Made by a program: the position numbers and the translations under genes. The notes below the pieces were generated by a model that ran no database searches, had not been told where the DNA came from, and saw only the letters and a program-made list of their open reading frames with translations. Shown piece by piece: positions 50,659 through 59,542 of a DNA stretch of 64,000 nt. The stretch is taken from the NCBI GenBank assembly GCA_035994965.1, contig DASYKV010000066.1, forward strand, positions 2,328-66,327. Direction: 5' to 3'. Origin of the DNA: Allosphingosinicella sp. (lineage in GTDB: Bacteria; Pseudomonadota; Alphaproteobacteria; Sphingomonadales; Sphingomonadaceae). Numbering within the stretch: the first letter of the stretch is position 1; the number at the start of each line of letters is the position of its first letter.

Positions 50659-52686
50659 CTAGGCGAAGCGGATCTGGTCGAGCCCGAGGATCGGCGTGCG
50701 CGGCGCGGCGAGGCTCTCGATCCCCTCCTCGCCGATGGCGAGCGGATCGGCCTCGGCGAGGTTGCCGAAGGAGATTCCGCTCTTCGCCTCGATCGAGCGG
50801 ATCGAGACCTGGGTGGCGAGGCCGAGCTGCGGCGAGGTGAAGGCGCCGAACACGAACTCCTCTTCCGGCACCAGCGACTGCTCCTGGTTCATCTCATAGC
50901 CGGTCGCGGTGAGCTGCCCGGTCTCGTCATGGATGAAGGCGATGATCTTCCAGAAGGAGAGCGGGATCCTGACCCCGTACATGGTCGGATCGGCGTCGGT
51001 GAAATAGGGGCCGGTGAACACCGAGATGTTCATCTTGTCCTCGCGGGCATGCTCCAGCGCATAATCTTCGAGCGCCAGCCAGATCGGCGAGTTGAACGCC
51101 TGCATCTGCGGCGTGGTGTTGGTGACGTGCATCGAATCCTGGTTGCCGCGCATCGCGGCCGCGTCGTCGTCGCCCCAGGCCGGATCCTCGCGCCTCGTCA
51201 TATGGCCGCGGCTGAAGCGCGGCGGGCCGCCATAGCATTCGTTCATTATCTGCTGCGATTTCGGGATTCGCGGATCCCATTTCCAGCCGACCCGCTTGCT
51301 CTTCTTGGAGAGATTGCCGTTGATGTTGACCGCGCTGAAGAAGCACATCCGCCGCGGCTCGTTCATCACCACCGAATAATGCTGGTAGCGAAGCTCGGTC
51401 TCGGTCTTGCCATCGACCTCGAATTCGAGGATCTCGCCGGCGGCGCCCTCGACCTTCGGCAAGGGCACGTCGACCCCGAGAAAGTCCGGCCGGTAGCCGG
51501 TCCGGTCGCGATAATCCTCGACCCGCCCCTCCTCGCCCTCGATCTCGTCGACAAGGCCGTCGGCGGGCAGAAGCTGGGCCGGAGCTGGCGGCCGCACCGT
51601 CAGATCCACCGTTCCGGTCGCACCGGCGGTGGTGACGGTGATGGTCAGCGGGATGGTCAGGCTGCCAAGGACGTTGCCGCCCGCCTGCGCCTGCGCCGCG
51701 GCCGCCGGGCCGGCCGGGTCCGGGCGCGGGCTGGTTTCCGGGCGGACCCGGCCGGCGCGCACCATTGCGAGCCGGTTCGCGACCACGTCCGAGCGGACCG
51801 CATAATTGGTGGTCAGGAAGCTGCCGCTATTGTGCAGGCCGACCGCCTCGCCGCTGTCGAGATCGATTACCACCGATCCCGAATTGCCCCCGAGCGTCGT
51901 GCAATTGTGCAGGAGTCGCTCCGCCTCGACCTTGGTCACGCCGCCAGGCGCCAGCCGCTTCTTGTTGTAGACCTTGCCGTAGATCCGCTCCATCAAATCG
52001 GTTTCGGGGATCCGGCTGTCATAGGCCGGATAGCCGATTGCGGCGACGTTCTGGGTCACCGCCGGCCGCTTCGCCAGCTTGATCGGCTTGGCCAGCTTCT
52101 TGTCGCCCGCCGTCATTTCGATCTGGAAGAAAGCCAGATCGGGGCCCGGCGACGGCTCGATGTAGAGCGGCCGGACGAGCTTGAAGACGAGGGTGTTGGG
52201 ATTGTCGATCTCCTGGAGGAAATCGACGCCGGCGCCGATCGGGCCGTCATTGCCCATCTTGAAGGTGAAGCCGCCGCCGCCTTGGGCTGCGAATTCGTTG
52301 GCGACGTGGCGGTTGGTGACCAGGATCGACTCGTGGACCAGCCAGCCGGTGCCGACCCAGTCGATCCAGCTGCCCTTGAGCTCGATCCGCCCGACCGCCT
52401 TGATCGCCCGCTCGAGCTTGGGCTTGGCGCGCTCCAGCCGCTCGCGCCAGATCTGGCTGTCGACCGGATCGGCGAAGACGAGGCTCGCCACGTTTTCCTT
52501 GATCGCCAGCACCGGCCGCTCGCGGCGCATGACGATGCTCTCCATCGCCAGCGCCTCTTCGTCGCTGACCGCCGGCGCCAGGCTCTCCAGCACGTCGAGG
52601 CCTTCCTCGGCGAGCGCCGGATCGGCGCTCCGAATCTCGGCGTTGTGGCGCCGCAGGCGTTCGAGCTTGTCCTGAAGCGTACCCAT
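50659..52686 (-). CDS. Trypsin-like serine protease fused to a DNA/RNA non-specific endonuclease (NucA/EndoG family)
   Basis: Protease triad VTNRHV / PDLA / GGNSGS; nuclease SRGHMTRREDP, TNTTPQ...FN...W..LE; no signal peptide. Confidence 0.9.
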   Translation of the reverse strand: MGTLQDKLERLRRHNAEIRSADPALAEEGLDVLESLAPAVSDEEALAMESIVMRRERPVLAIKENVASLVFADPVDSQIWRERLERAKPKLERAIKAVGRIELKGSWIDWVGTGWLVHESILVTNRHVANEFAAQGGGGFTFKMGNDGPIGAGVDFLQEIDNPNTLVFKLVRPLYIEPSPGPDLAFFQIEMTAGDKKLAKPIKLAKRPAVTQNVAAIGYPAYDSRIPETDLMERIYGKVYNKKRLAPGGVTKVEAERLLHNCTTLGGNSGSVVIDLDSGEAVGLHNSGSFLTTNYAVRSDVVANRLAMVRAGRVRPETSPRPDPAGPAAAAQAQAGGNVLGSLTIPLTITVTTAGATGTVDLTVRPPAPAQLLPADGLVDEIEGEEGRVEDYRDRTGYRPDFLGVDVPLPKVEGAAGEILEFEVDGKTETELRYQHYSVVMNEPRRMCFFSAVNINGNLSKKSKRVGWKWDPRIPKSQQIMNECYGGPPRFSRGHMTRREDPAWGDDDAAAMRGNQDSMHVTNTTPQMQAFNSPIWLALEDYALEHAREDKMNISVFTGPYFTDADPTMYGVRIPLSFWKIIAFIHDETGQLTATGYEMNQEQSLVPEEEFVFGAFTSPQLGLATQVSIRSIEAKSGISFGNLAEADPLAIGEEGIESLAAPRTPILGLDQIRFA

Positions 52687-52781
52687 CGGCTTCCCCCGGT
52701 TCGAGTAACCTTCAAATAATCGGCTAGTCCGTCGCCTGCTTATGAGCGCTTTTTTCTTCCCCCGCCACGCGATTCTCCGGC

Positions 52782-53090
52782 CTATTCCGTGCCGACGGCG
52801 AACAAAGCGGCCTTTGCATATCTGGGATGGCCGGGATCGAAGCTTCGCTCGGGCTCGAACGGGCCGCCGGCCAGCTCCAGATCGTGCAGCCCGGCCAGCT
52901 TGAAGGTGCCGAGCTTCACCTCGCGGGGCGGCCGATTGTCCCGCTCGACGGTGATCGCGTCTATGAACAGCTCGTCGTGCCGCTGATAGAGAATATGCGG
53001 CGCAAGCGTCACCGCGGCTTTATTGTAAACGGCGCGGATGCACGTCTTGAGCGCGATCGCCTCGAGCAGAAGGGGAGTGCTTTGCTGCAT
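52782..53090 (-). CDS. Standalone WYL-like domain protein
   Basis: Y......LAPHILY....LFIDA ... GTFKLAGL pattern parallels WYL (P..L, RTFRLDRI). Confidence 0.65.
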   Translation of the reverse strand: MQQSTPLLLEAIALKTCIRAVYNKAAVTLAPHILYQRHDELFIDAITVERDNRPPREVKLGTFKLAGLHDLELAGGPFEPERSFDPGHPRYAKAALFAVGTE

Positions 53091-53154
53091 TGCAGCATGG
53101 CTATAGCCGGGAAGCCGGCTCCCGGTAAGCGTAAAGTTGCTCTAGAGCGTCCTC

Positions 53155-53910
53155 ATGTCCAAGGGCCGCGCCAAGCTGGAGATGTCGCAGGGGGTGAGCG
53201 TCTGGGTGCTCGATGCCCCGGACGGTTTCGGCGACGCCGATTTCCACGCCCATCACGCCATCCAGATCACCGCGAGCCTGACCGGCGCGCTCACCCTGAC
53301 GAGCGCGGACGAGACGCTGACCGCGCCGATCCTGGCCGTCGCCGCCGACGCGCGGCACAGGTTCGAAGCGCATGGCCTGCTCGCCTTCGTCTTCGTCGAG
53401 CCCGAGAGCCGCCTCGGCCGCGCGCTGACCGGGAGCCTGTTCCGCGGCCGCTCGCTGGTCGCAATCGACAGGCCGGACGTCGCCCGCCATCTGGAGCCGC
53501 TTCGCGCCACCTTCGATGCGCCGCCCGGCAAGGGCGCGCTGCTCGACGCCGGCCGGGCGGCGGCCGAGGCGCTGGCGCCGGGCCTGCAAGCCCCGCTGCC
53601 GGACCCGCGCATCCAGCGCATCATCGAGCATGCCGCTTCCCACCTCGAAGAACCGCTCAGCCTCGCCAGCGCGTCGGCCGGAGTCCATCTCTCGCCGAGC
53701 CGCCTCAGGCATTTGTTCGTCGAGCAGACCGGCCTGGCCTTCAAAACCTATCTGCTCTGGCTTCGGCTGGTCAGCGCGGTGACGGTCTATTCGGAAGGCA
53801 AGTCGCTCACCGAGGCGGCGCATGCGGCTGGCTTTTCCGATTCGGCGCATTTCAGCAGGATCTTCAAGCGCACCTTCGGATTGCCGGCGACGACGCTGAC
53901 GCGATTATAG
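53155..53910 (+). CDS. AraC family transcriptional regulator
   Basis: Cupin-like HAHHA N-terminus; LSPSRLRHLF and AGFSDSAHFSRIFKRTFG HTH. Confidence 0.93.
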   Translation: MSKGRAKLEMSQGVSVWVLDAPDGFGDADFHAHHAIQITASLTGALTLTSADETLTAPILAVAADARHRFEAHGLLAFVFVEPESRLGRALTGSLFRGRSLVAIDRPDVARHLEPLRATFDAPPGKGALLDAGRAAAEALAPGLQAPLPDPRIQRIIEHAASHLEEPLSLASASAGVHLSPSRLRHLFVEQTGLAFKTYLLWLRLVSAVTVYSEGKSLTEAAHAAGFSDSAHFSRIFKRTFGLPATTLTRL

Positions 53911-53979
53911 CCCTTGCGTTCAAGCGTCCGGCCGCGGGCGGCCCTATCCGCTCCTCACCAACCCAAGAGGAGAAAGACC

Positions 53980-54072
53980 ATGACTGCCCAGACCAAACGG
54001 AATGACCGCTGCAAGCCCTCCTGCCCCTGCGTGAACTGCAAGTGCGGGCCGAACTGCCGCTGCGGCAAGTGA
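53980..54072 (+). CDS. Metallothionein-like 30-aa Cys-rich micropeptide (absent from the ORF track)
   Basis: GAGGAG RBS; MTAQTKRNDRCKPSCPCVNCKCGPNCRCGK*; hairpin directly downstream. Confidence 0.75.
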   Translation: MTAQTKRNDRCKPSCPCVNCKCGPNCRCGK

Positions 54073-54081
54073 CCTTCGAAA

Positions 54082-54114
54082 AGCGGCGAGGGCGGTGTCG
54101 CCGCCCTTGCCGCT
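54082..54114. terminator. Hairpin between the micropeptide gene and the convergent gene
   Basis: agcggcgagggcgg-tgtcg-ccgcccttgccgct. Confidence 0.65.
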
Positions 54115-54119
54115 CGAGG

Positions 54120-54620
54120 TCACGGCCGTTCGCGCAGCAGCGCCGAGAGCGTCCAACCCTCGGCGCCGCCATGAACGGCGTCGTCGAGATACCAGCGGCT
54201 GCCGACGCGGACGAACAGGAAGCGCACTTCCTCGTGCGCGTCGTAATTGTCGAAGCGGGCGACGATCGTCCGCCGGTCGCGGCCGCCAGGCCGCTGGCTC
54301 AGCCGCACGTTGGCGATGCGGTAATCCTGGGCATTGGTCCACCAGTCGAAATCGAGCGACCCGACCAGGTCGCCGCCGCTCAGGTCGCGGCCATAGGCGG
54401 CGAAGAGGGCGCGCAGCCGCGGGCTGTAGGCGTAGCTCTGATCGGGCGGCGGCGCGTCCGGATTGGCTTGGTAGCGCGCATAAGTGGCGGCGACGAAGGC
54501 GCGCGGGTCGGTGATGCCGGTCCGGGGAATGCGCTGGACGGCGGGGAAATCCTCGATGTCGACCCGGTCCGTTTGTGCCGACACAGCGCCCAGCGCCAGG
54601 AACATGGCCAACAGGTTCAT
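54120..54620 (-). CDS. Secreted DUF3828/YbjP-like protein
   Basis: Signal peptide; DPRAFVAATY..Y, LDFDWW.NAQD and WYLDD motifs. Confidence 0.7.
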   Translation of the reverse strand: MNLLAMFLALGAVSAQTDRVDIEDFPAVQRIPRTGITDPRAFVAATYARYQANPDAPPPDQSYAYSPRLRALFAAYGRDLSGGDLVGSLDFDWWTNAQDYRIANVRLSQRPGGRDRRTIVARFDNYDAHEEVRFLFVRVGSRWYLDDAVHGGAEGWTLSALLRERP

Positions 54621-54634
54621 CGTCGCTCGCCTCC

Positions 54635-55084
54635 CTATGGGCGCATCGCCAGCCGACCGCTCAAAGTCCAGCCGCGCCGGCCCGGCCGCACCACCTCGTC
54701 CAGATACCATGCGCCGCGCTCGCGCACGAACCGGAAATGCAGGACCATCGGGCGGCCCGCGTTGCGGAAGCGGGCGGTGACGGTCTGGCGGCCCGGGTGG
54801 CGCGGAGGCTCGAGAGTGAGGCTGAGCCCGGCCAGCGACCAGTCGCCGGGCTCGCCGACCCAGAAATCCAGGCTGTCCACCTCCTGCCCGCCGGCGGCCT
54901 CGTCGAAGGCGTAGAGACGGGCGCGCAGCCGCTCGCTTGCATAAGTATCCAGCGCCAGCACGCGCACGTTGCCGCTCAGATATTCGGAATAGCGCGCCCG
55001 CATGAAGGCCACCGGATCGGCGACGCCCGGATGGGTGGCGGGTTCGGCCAGCGCCAACGCGGCGCCAAGGATCAGCGTCCACAA
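54635..55084 (-). CDS. Secreted DUF3828/YbjP-like protein (paralogue)
   Basis: Signal peptide; DPVAFMRARY..Y, LDFWV and WYLDE motifs. Confidence 0.68.
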   Translation of the reverse strand: MWTLILGAALALAEPATHPGVADPVAFMRARYSEYLSGNVRVLALDTYASERLRARLYAFDEAAGGQEVDSLDFWVGEPGDWSLAGLSLTLEPPRHPGRQTVTARFRNAGRPMVLHFRFVRERGAWYLDEVVRPGRRGWTLSGRLAMRP

Positions 55085-55090
55085 AATACG

Positions 55091-55125
55091 AACCCTCCGC
55101 CCGCCGATGAGGCAGGCGGAGGGCT
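55091..55125. terminator. Hairpin downstream of the DUF2171 gene
   Basis: ccctccgcc-N-ggcggaggg. Confidence 0.55.
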
Positions 55126-55158
55126 GAATGCAGGCTTAAAGCCGGTCCGGCGCCCTGG

Positions 55159-55410
55159 TCAAGAGGTGCTTTCCTCCTCCTCGAAGGTCACCGCGACGTC
55201 CGCGTTGGCGGAGAGCCGCACCGTGTCGCCCTCGACGCCGGCGATGAGGCCGGTCGAGATATAATGGTGATGGCCTTCGTGGCTGCCCTGGCCGCTGTCC
55301 TTCTTGGTCAGCTTGATGCGGTCGCCGTCGACCTTGTCGACGGTGCCGACATGGACGCCGTCGGCGCCGATCACTTCCATATGCTCGCTGATATCGTCGG
55401 TGACGGCCAT
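55159..55410 (-). CDS. DUF2171 family protein
   Basis: HMEVIGADGVHVGTVDKVDGDRIKLTKKDS...HHHYI. Confidence 0.92.
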   Translation of the reverse strand: MAVTDDISEHMEVIGADGVHVGTVDKVDGDRIKLTKKDSGQGSHEGHHHYISTGLIAGVEGDTVRLSANADVAVTFEEEESTS

Positions 55411-55432
55411 GATGCTTCTCCTCGAGGAAATG

Positions 55433-57121
55433 TTACCCTGCCTCAACCGCCTGCGTCGCCACCTGTTCCGGCGCCAGCGCCTTGTCGGCGAAACAGGCGT
55501 GGAGGAGCGCGACGACGCGGGCGCCGTCGCCGACCGCGGCCGCCACCCTTTTGACCGAGCCCGCGCGCACGTCGCCGACCGCGAACACGCCGCGCCGGCT
55601 GGTTTCGAGCGACGCCCGCCCCTCGCCCGCCTCCGCGCCGGTGAGGACGAAGCCGCGCGCGTCGAGCTTGAGGCCCGACGCGGCCAGCCAGTCGGTATTG
55701 GGATCGGCGCCGATGAAGGAGAAGAGGTGGGATATCGGCCGCCGAGTCTCCTCGCCCGAAGCGAGGCCGCGCCACCGCACCGCCTCGAGCATGCCGTCCT
55801 TGCCCTCCAGCGCCGTCACCTCGACGCCGGTCACCACCTCGACATTGGAAAGGCCCAGGATGCGCTCGACCAGATAGGCGGACATGGTGGCGGCGAGCGG
55901 CTTCCTGACCAGCAGCGTCACCTTGCCGGCATGGCCGGCGAGGAAGACCACCGCCTGGCCGGCCGAATTGCCGCCGCCGACCAGGGCGACCTCCTGGCGC
56001 GCGCAGAGGTTCGCCTCGAGCGGCGAGGCCCAATAATGGACGGCGCCGCCCTCGAACTCGTCGAGCCCGGGGACGTCGAGCCGCCGGTAGCGGGCGCCGG
56101 TCGCGATCACCGCGGCGCGCGCCTTGATCCGCTCGCCATTGGCGAGCTGGAGGTGGAACGGGTCCATTCCGCATTCGAGCTTCACCGCCTCGTCGGGTAT
56201 GGCCATCTCGACGCCGAATTTCTGCGCCTGGCTGAACGCCCGGCCCATCAAGGCCATGCCCGAAATGCCGGTCGGGAAGCCGAGATAATTCTCGATCCTG
56301 GCCGAGGCGCCGGCCTGCCCGCCGAACGCCCGGCAATCGAGCGCGAGCACGGAAAGCCCCTCCGATCCCGCATAGACCGAGGTGGCGAGCCCGGCCGGTC
56401 CGGCGCCGATCACGACCACGTCGAACAAGCGGTCCGGGTCGATCGGCCCGACCAGGCCGATGCAGCGCGCAAGCGCATTCTCCTGCGGATTCTTGAGCAG
56501 CTGCCCGCTTGGGCAGAGCACGATCGGCAATTCCTCGGGCTCGACCCTGAACCGTTCGATCAGGGCGCGGGCGGCCGAGTCGCTGTCCGGATCGAGGCGC
56601 TGATAGGGGTGGCCGTTGCGGCTGAGGAAATTGACCAGCCGGAGCACGTCGGCATCATGATCGTGGCCGACGATCACTGGCCCGCCACCGCCCGTCTCGA
56701 TCAGCCCAACGCGCCTCAGGATCAGCGCCCGCATGATCCGCTCGCCCAATTCCGCCTCGGCGATCAGCAAGGCGCGCAGCCGCTCGGGCGGGATCTCGAC
56801 CGCCTCGCCGTCGCTCAGCACCTCGGCGTCGACCAGGGACGGCCGCCCGGACAATTGCGCGAGCTCGCCCATGAACGAGCCGGCCTTGTGGGTCACGATC
56901 GCCACCTTGCCGCCGCCCTCGACGCGCTGGCTGATCTCCACCTCGCCGGCCAGGATCAGCACCAGCCCGTGCCCGGTCTCGCCGGCCCGGGCCAGAAACT
57001 CGCCGGCGCGGAAATGCCGTGGCGTCCCGAACCGCTTCAGCCGCGCCAATTCGGCCGGGGTCAGCGCCGGAAACATCTGCGCCCCGCGCGTGTCGATGAT
57101 CGTCTGCGTCGGCTCGGCCAT
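55433..57121 (-). CDS. cNMP-binding domain fused to a thioredoxin-reductase-like FAD oxidoreductase
   Basis: FMGELAQLSGRP (cNMP), VIGAGPAGL, VGGGNSAGQA and GVFAVGDVR motifs. Confidence 0.9.
   Translation of the reverse strand: MAEPTQTIIDTRGAQMFPALTPAELARLKRFGTPRHFRAGEFLARAGETGHGLVLILAGEVEISQRVEGGGKVAIVTHKAGSFMGELAQLSGRPSLVDAEVLSDGEAVEIPPERLRALLIAEAELGERIMRALILRRVGLIETGGGGPVIVGHDHDADVLRLVNFLSRNGHPYQRLDPDSDSAARALIERFRVEPEELPIVLCPSGQLLKNPQENALARCIGLVGPIDPDRLFDVVVIGAGPAGLATSVYAGSEGLSVLALDCRAFGGQAGASARIENYLGFPTGISGMALMGRAFSQAQKFGVEMAIPDEAVKLECGMDPFHLQLANGERIKARAAVIATGARYRRLDVPGLDEFEGGAVHYWASPLEANLCARQEVALVGGGNSAGQAVVFLAGHAGKVTLLVRKPLAATMSAYLVERILGLSNVEVVTGVEVTALEGKDGMLEAVRWRGLASGEETRRPISHLFSFIGADPNTDWLAASGLKLDARGFVLTGAEAGEGRASLETSRRGVFAVGDVRAGSVKRVAAAVGDGARVVALLHACFADKALAPEQVATQAVEAG
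55445..55469 (-). promoter_or_regulatory. EcfG/sigmaT-type promoter for DUF2171, inside the upstream CDS
   Basis: GGAAC-N16-GGTT on the minus strand. Confidence 0.65.
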
Positions 57122-57248
57122 GGCGATTCCTTGCGGCGTGTCGCGGGAATTAGGGCAGAATGGCGGGCAAGGCCAACAGGGATGGGCCGGCCGGGTTGAA
57201 TTCCGGCGGCTTCTTGTCGATGCTGGGGGCTCAAAGGGGGCCTCGAAT

Positions 57249-58034
57249 ATGCGCCTGATCGCCATCCTGCTCGCCTTCTGCCTCGCCGCGCCGGCGCTCG
57301 CGCAGACGCCCGAGGAGAGCGCGCGCATCGCCTGGGTGGTGCAACGCGGCCGCGCGCTCTTCGAGATCGACCGCGCCGCCTGGGTCACCACCGACGACCT
57401 GAGGGAACGGGTCGGCGACCTCGGCCGCGCCGGCGTGCGCGGCTGGACCGTGGAGCGCGACGGTGCCGGCTACCGCGTCGCCTATTATACCGGCGAGGGC
57501 GACGCTCGCGCAGTCCTCTATCGCGCCCGTGTCGAGAACAACCGGGTGGCCTCGGCCGAGCTGATCCCGGCCGGCGCGCGGCCGTCCTTGACCGAGTTGC
57601 AGCGGCGGATCGCCGATGCGCGCGGCGCGGCTGCCCATCTCGGGCGCCGGTCGTGCACGGGACCGGGCTTCAACGTGGCGGCGATCCCACCCGAGCGGCC
57701 CGACGGACCGCTGGACCTCTATCTGCTGACCCCGCAGGTGCGCGAGGCCGTCTATCCGGCCGGCGGCCATTATCTCGCGACCCTGGCGCCGGGCGGCGAG
57801 ATCGTCGCTCAGCGCGCCTTCACCAACAGCTGCATCGAGCTCACGACCGCGGTCGAGAATGGGAACACGCCCGCGGCCCTCATGGTCACCCATTTGCTCG
57901 ACAAGGTGCCGACCGAGATTCACGTCTTCCTGTCGATCTGGACGGGCCTTCCCATCTATGTCGGCACCGCCGATCCGCAGCGCGTCTGGGAAGTGACCGG
58001 CGAGCGCATCAGCCTCGTCGATTCAAGCAACTGA
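57249..58034 (+). CDS. Secreted hypothetical protein
   Basis: MRLIAILLAFCLAAPALAQ signal peptide; host-like codon usage. Confidence 0.78.
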   Translation: MRLIAILLAFCLAAPALAQTPEESARIAWVVQRGRALFEIDRAAWVTTDDLRERVGDLGRAGVRGWTVERDGAGYRVAYYTGEGDARAVLYRARVENNRVASAELIPAGARPSLTELQRRIADARGAAAHLGRRSCTGPGFNVAAIPPERPDGPLDLYLLTPQVREAVYPAGGHYLATLAPGGEIVAQRAFTNSCIELTTAVENGNTPAALMVTHLLDKVPTEIHVFLSIWTGLPIYVGTADPQRVWEVTGERISLVDSSN

Positions 58035-58049
58035 CATCGAGGAGCCGTC

Positions 58050-58970
58050 ATGCACCCATTCGCAGCCTTAGCAATTTCGTCCCTCCTCGCCGCCTCGGCC
58101 TCGGCCCAGACCGGCGCCTGGCGCCCCGCCCCGATCGCCAACGCGACCGAGCCCGCCGAGGTGATTGCACACGCCCCGGCCTCGGCCTGGCGGCCGATCT
58201 CGCCGGAGAACCTGCTCGTCATGGACCTGGCCGATGGTGGCCGCGTGATCGTCGAGCTGGCGCCGGCTTTCGCCCCCGTCCATGTCGCCAACATGCGCCG
58301 CTACGCGCGGGCCGGCTGGTGGAACGAAGCGACGATCTACCGGGTGCAGGACAATTATGTCGCGCAATGGGGCAATGGCGATGCCGAAGTGCCGCTGCCG
58401 CAAGGCGTCGTCCGCCGCCCGCCCGCCGAATATGAGCGCAGCAGCGTCGGCCTCGCCTTGCGGCCGCTCGGCTTCCCCGACGCCTACGCCCCCGTCGCCG
58501 GCTTCGTCGACGGCTGGCCGGTCGCCTGGAATCCGCGCCGGCGGAAGGCCTGGCTGACCCATTGCTACGCCTCGGTCGGCGTCGGCCGCGACCTCGCCCC
58601 CGATACCGGCACCGGCGGCGAGCTCTATGCCGTGATCGGCCATGCTCCGCGCCCGCTCGACCGCAACATCGCCAATGTCGGCCGCGTTATCGAAGGCGTG
58701 GCCCTGCTCTCCGCCCGGCCGCGCGGCACCGGCAATCTCGGCTTCTACCAAGCCGACCGCGGCGAGGCCCCGATCCCGATCCGCTCGGTCCGCATCGCAA
58801 GCGACCTGCCCGAGGCCGAGCGCCCGCGATTCGAGGTGATGCGCACCGACACGCCCACCTTCGCCGCTTACCTGCGCGGCCGCGCCAATCGCGGCGGCAC
58901 CTTCTTCACCGTGCCGGCGGGGGGCGTGGACGTGTGCAACGTCAACGTGCCGGTCAGGCGGCGGCCCTAG
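58050..58970 (+). CDS. Cyclophilin-type peptidylprolyl isomerase, periplasmic
   Basis: IYRVQDNYVAQWG and LDRNIANVGRVIEG motifs; signal peptide. Confidence 0.85.
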   Translation: MHPFAALAISSLLAASASAQTGAWRPAPIANATEPAEVIAHAPASAWRPISPENLLVMDLADGGRVIVELAPAFAPVHVANMRRYARAGWWNEATIYRVQDNYVAQWGNGDAEVPLPQGVVRRPPAEYERSSVGLALRPLGFPDAYAPVAGFVDGWPVAWNPRRRKAWLTHCYASVGVGRDLAPDTGTGGELYAVIGHAPRPLDRNIANVGRVIEGVALLSARPRGTGNLGFYQADRGEAPIPIRSVRIASDLPEAERPRFEVMRTDTPTFAAYLRGRANRGGTFFTVPAGGVDVCNVNVPVRRRP

Positions 58971-58983
58971 GCTGTCGGACGGA

Positions 58984-59496
58984 CTATCTTAGCATCATCG
59001 TATCGCCGCGGATCTCGACCGAGTCGAACTGGGCGAGGAAATTCTGGCCGAGCAGGGAGACGGGCAATTGATCGGCGACCGCGGCCTGGATGCCGCTGGC
59101 CTCGACCCCGCCGACCGCGATCCGGTCGATCGTCACCGGCGCCACCGAGACCGTGCCGCCGACACCCATGGCCAGCGCCCGCTCGGCGGGGACCGTGACT
59201 CCGGCGCGCTGCGCGTCCTCGCGCGTCAGCATGACCACCGAGGCGCCGGTATCCACCATAAGGCGGATGCTGTGGCCGTTGATCTGTGCATCGGCGTAGA
59301 AATGGCCGTCCGCTTCGCGCCGCAATTCGCGGCTTCCATAGCCGCCATCGGCCGACCCCCGCTTGATCGGCGAGGAGGCGGCGGCGAAGGGCCGATCCGT
59401 GTCGGCCGCGCGCGCGGGGCGCTTCGACGCCGGCGACATCAAGGCGACGCCGATCACCGCCAGGCCGGTCAGAACGAGGGTGTTCCCAAGGGACAT
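58984..59496 (-). CDS. TIGR02281 clan AA aspartic protease
   Basis: DGHFYADAQING, MVDTGAS and SLLGQNFL motifs. Confidence 0.92.
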   Translation of the reverse strand: MSLGNTLVLTGLAVIGVALMSPASKRPARAADTDRPFAAASSPIKRGSADGGYGSRELRREADGHFYADAQINGHSIRLMVDTGASVVMLTREDAQRAGVTVPAERALAMGVGGTVSVAPVTIDRIAVGGVEASGIQAAVADQLPVSLLGQNFLAQFDSVEIRGDTMMLR

Positions 59497-59542
59497 CGGG
59501 CTATTTTACCCGGTCCTCCCGAAGAGCAGGTTAACAGCGGCG

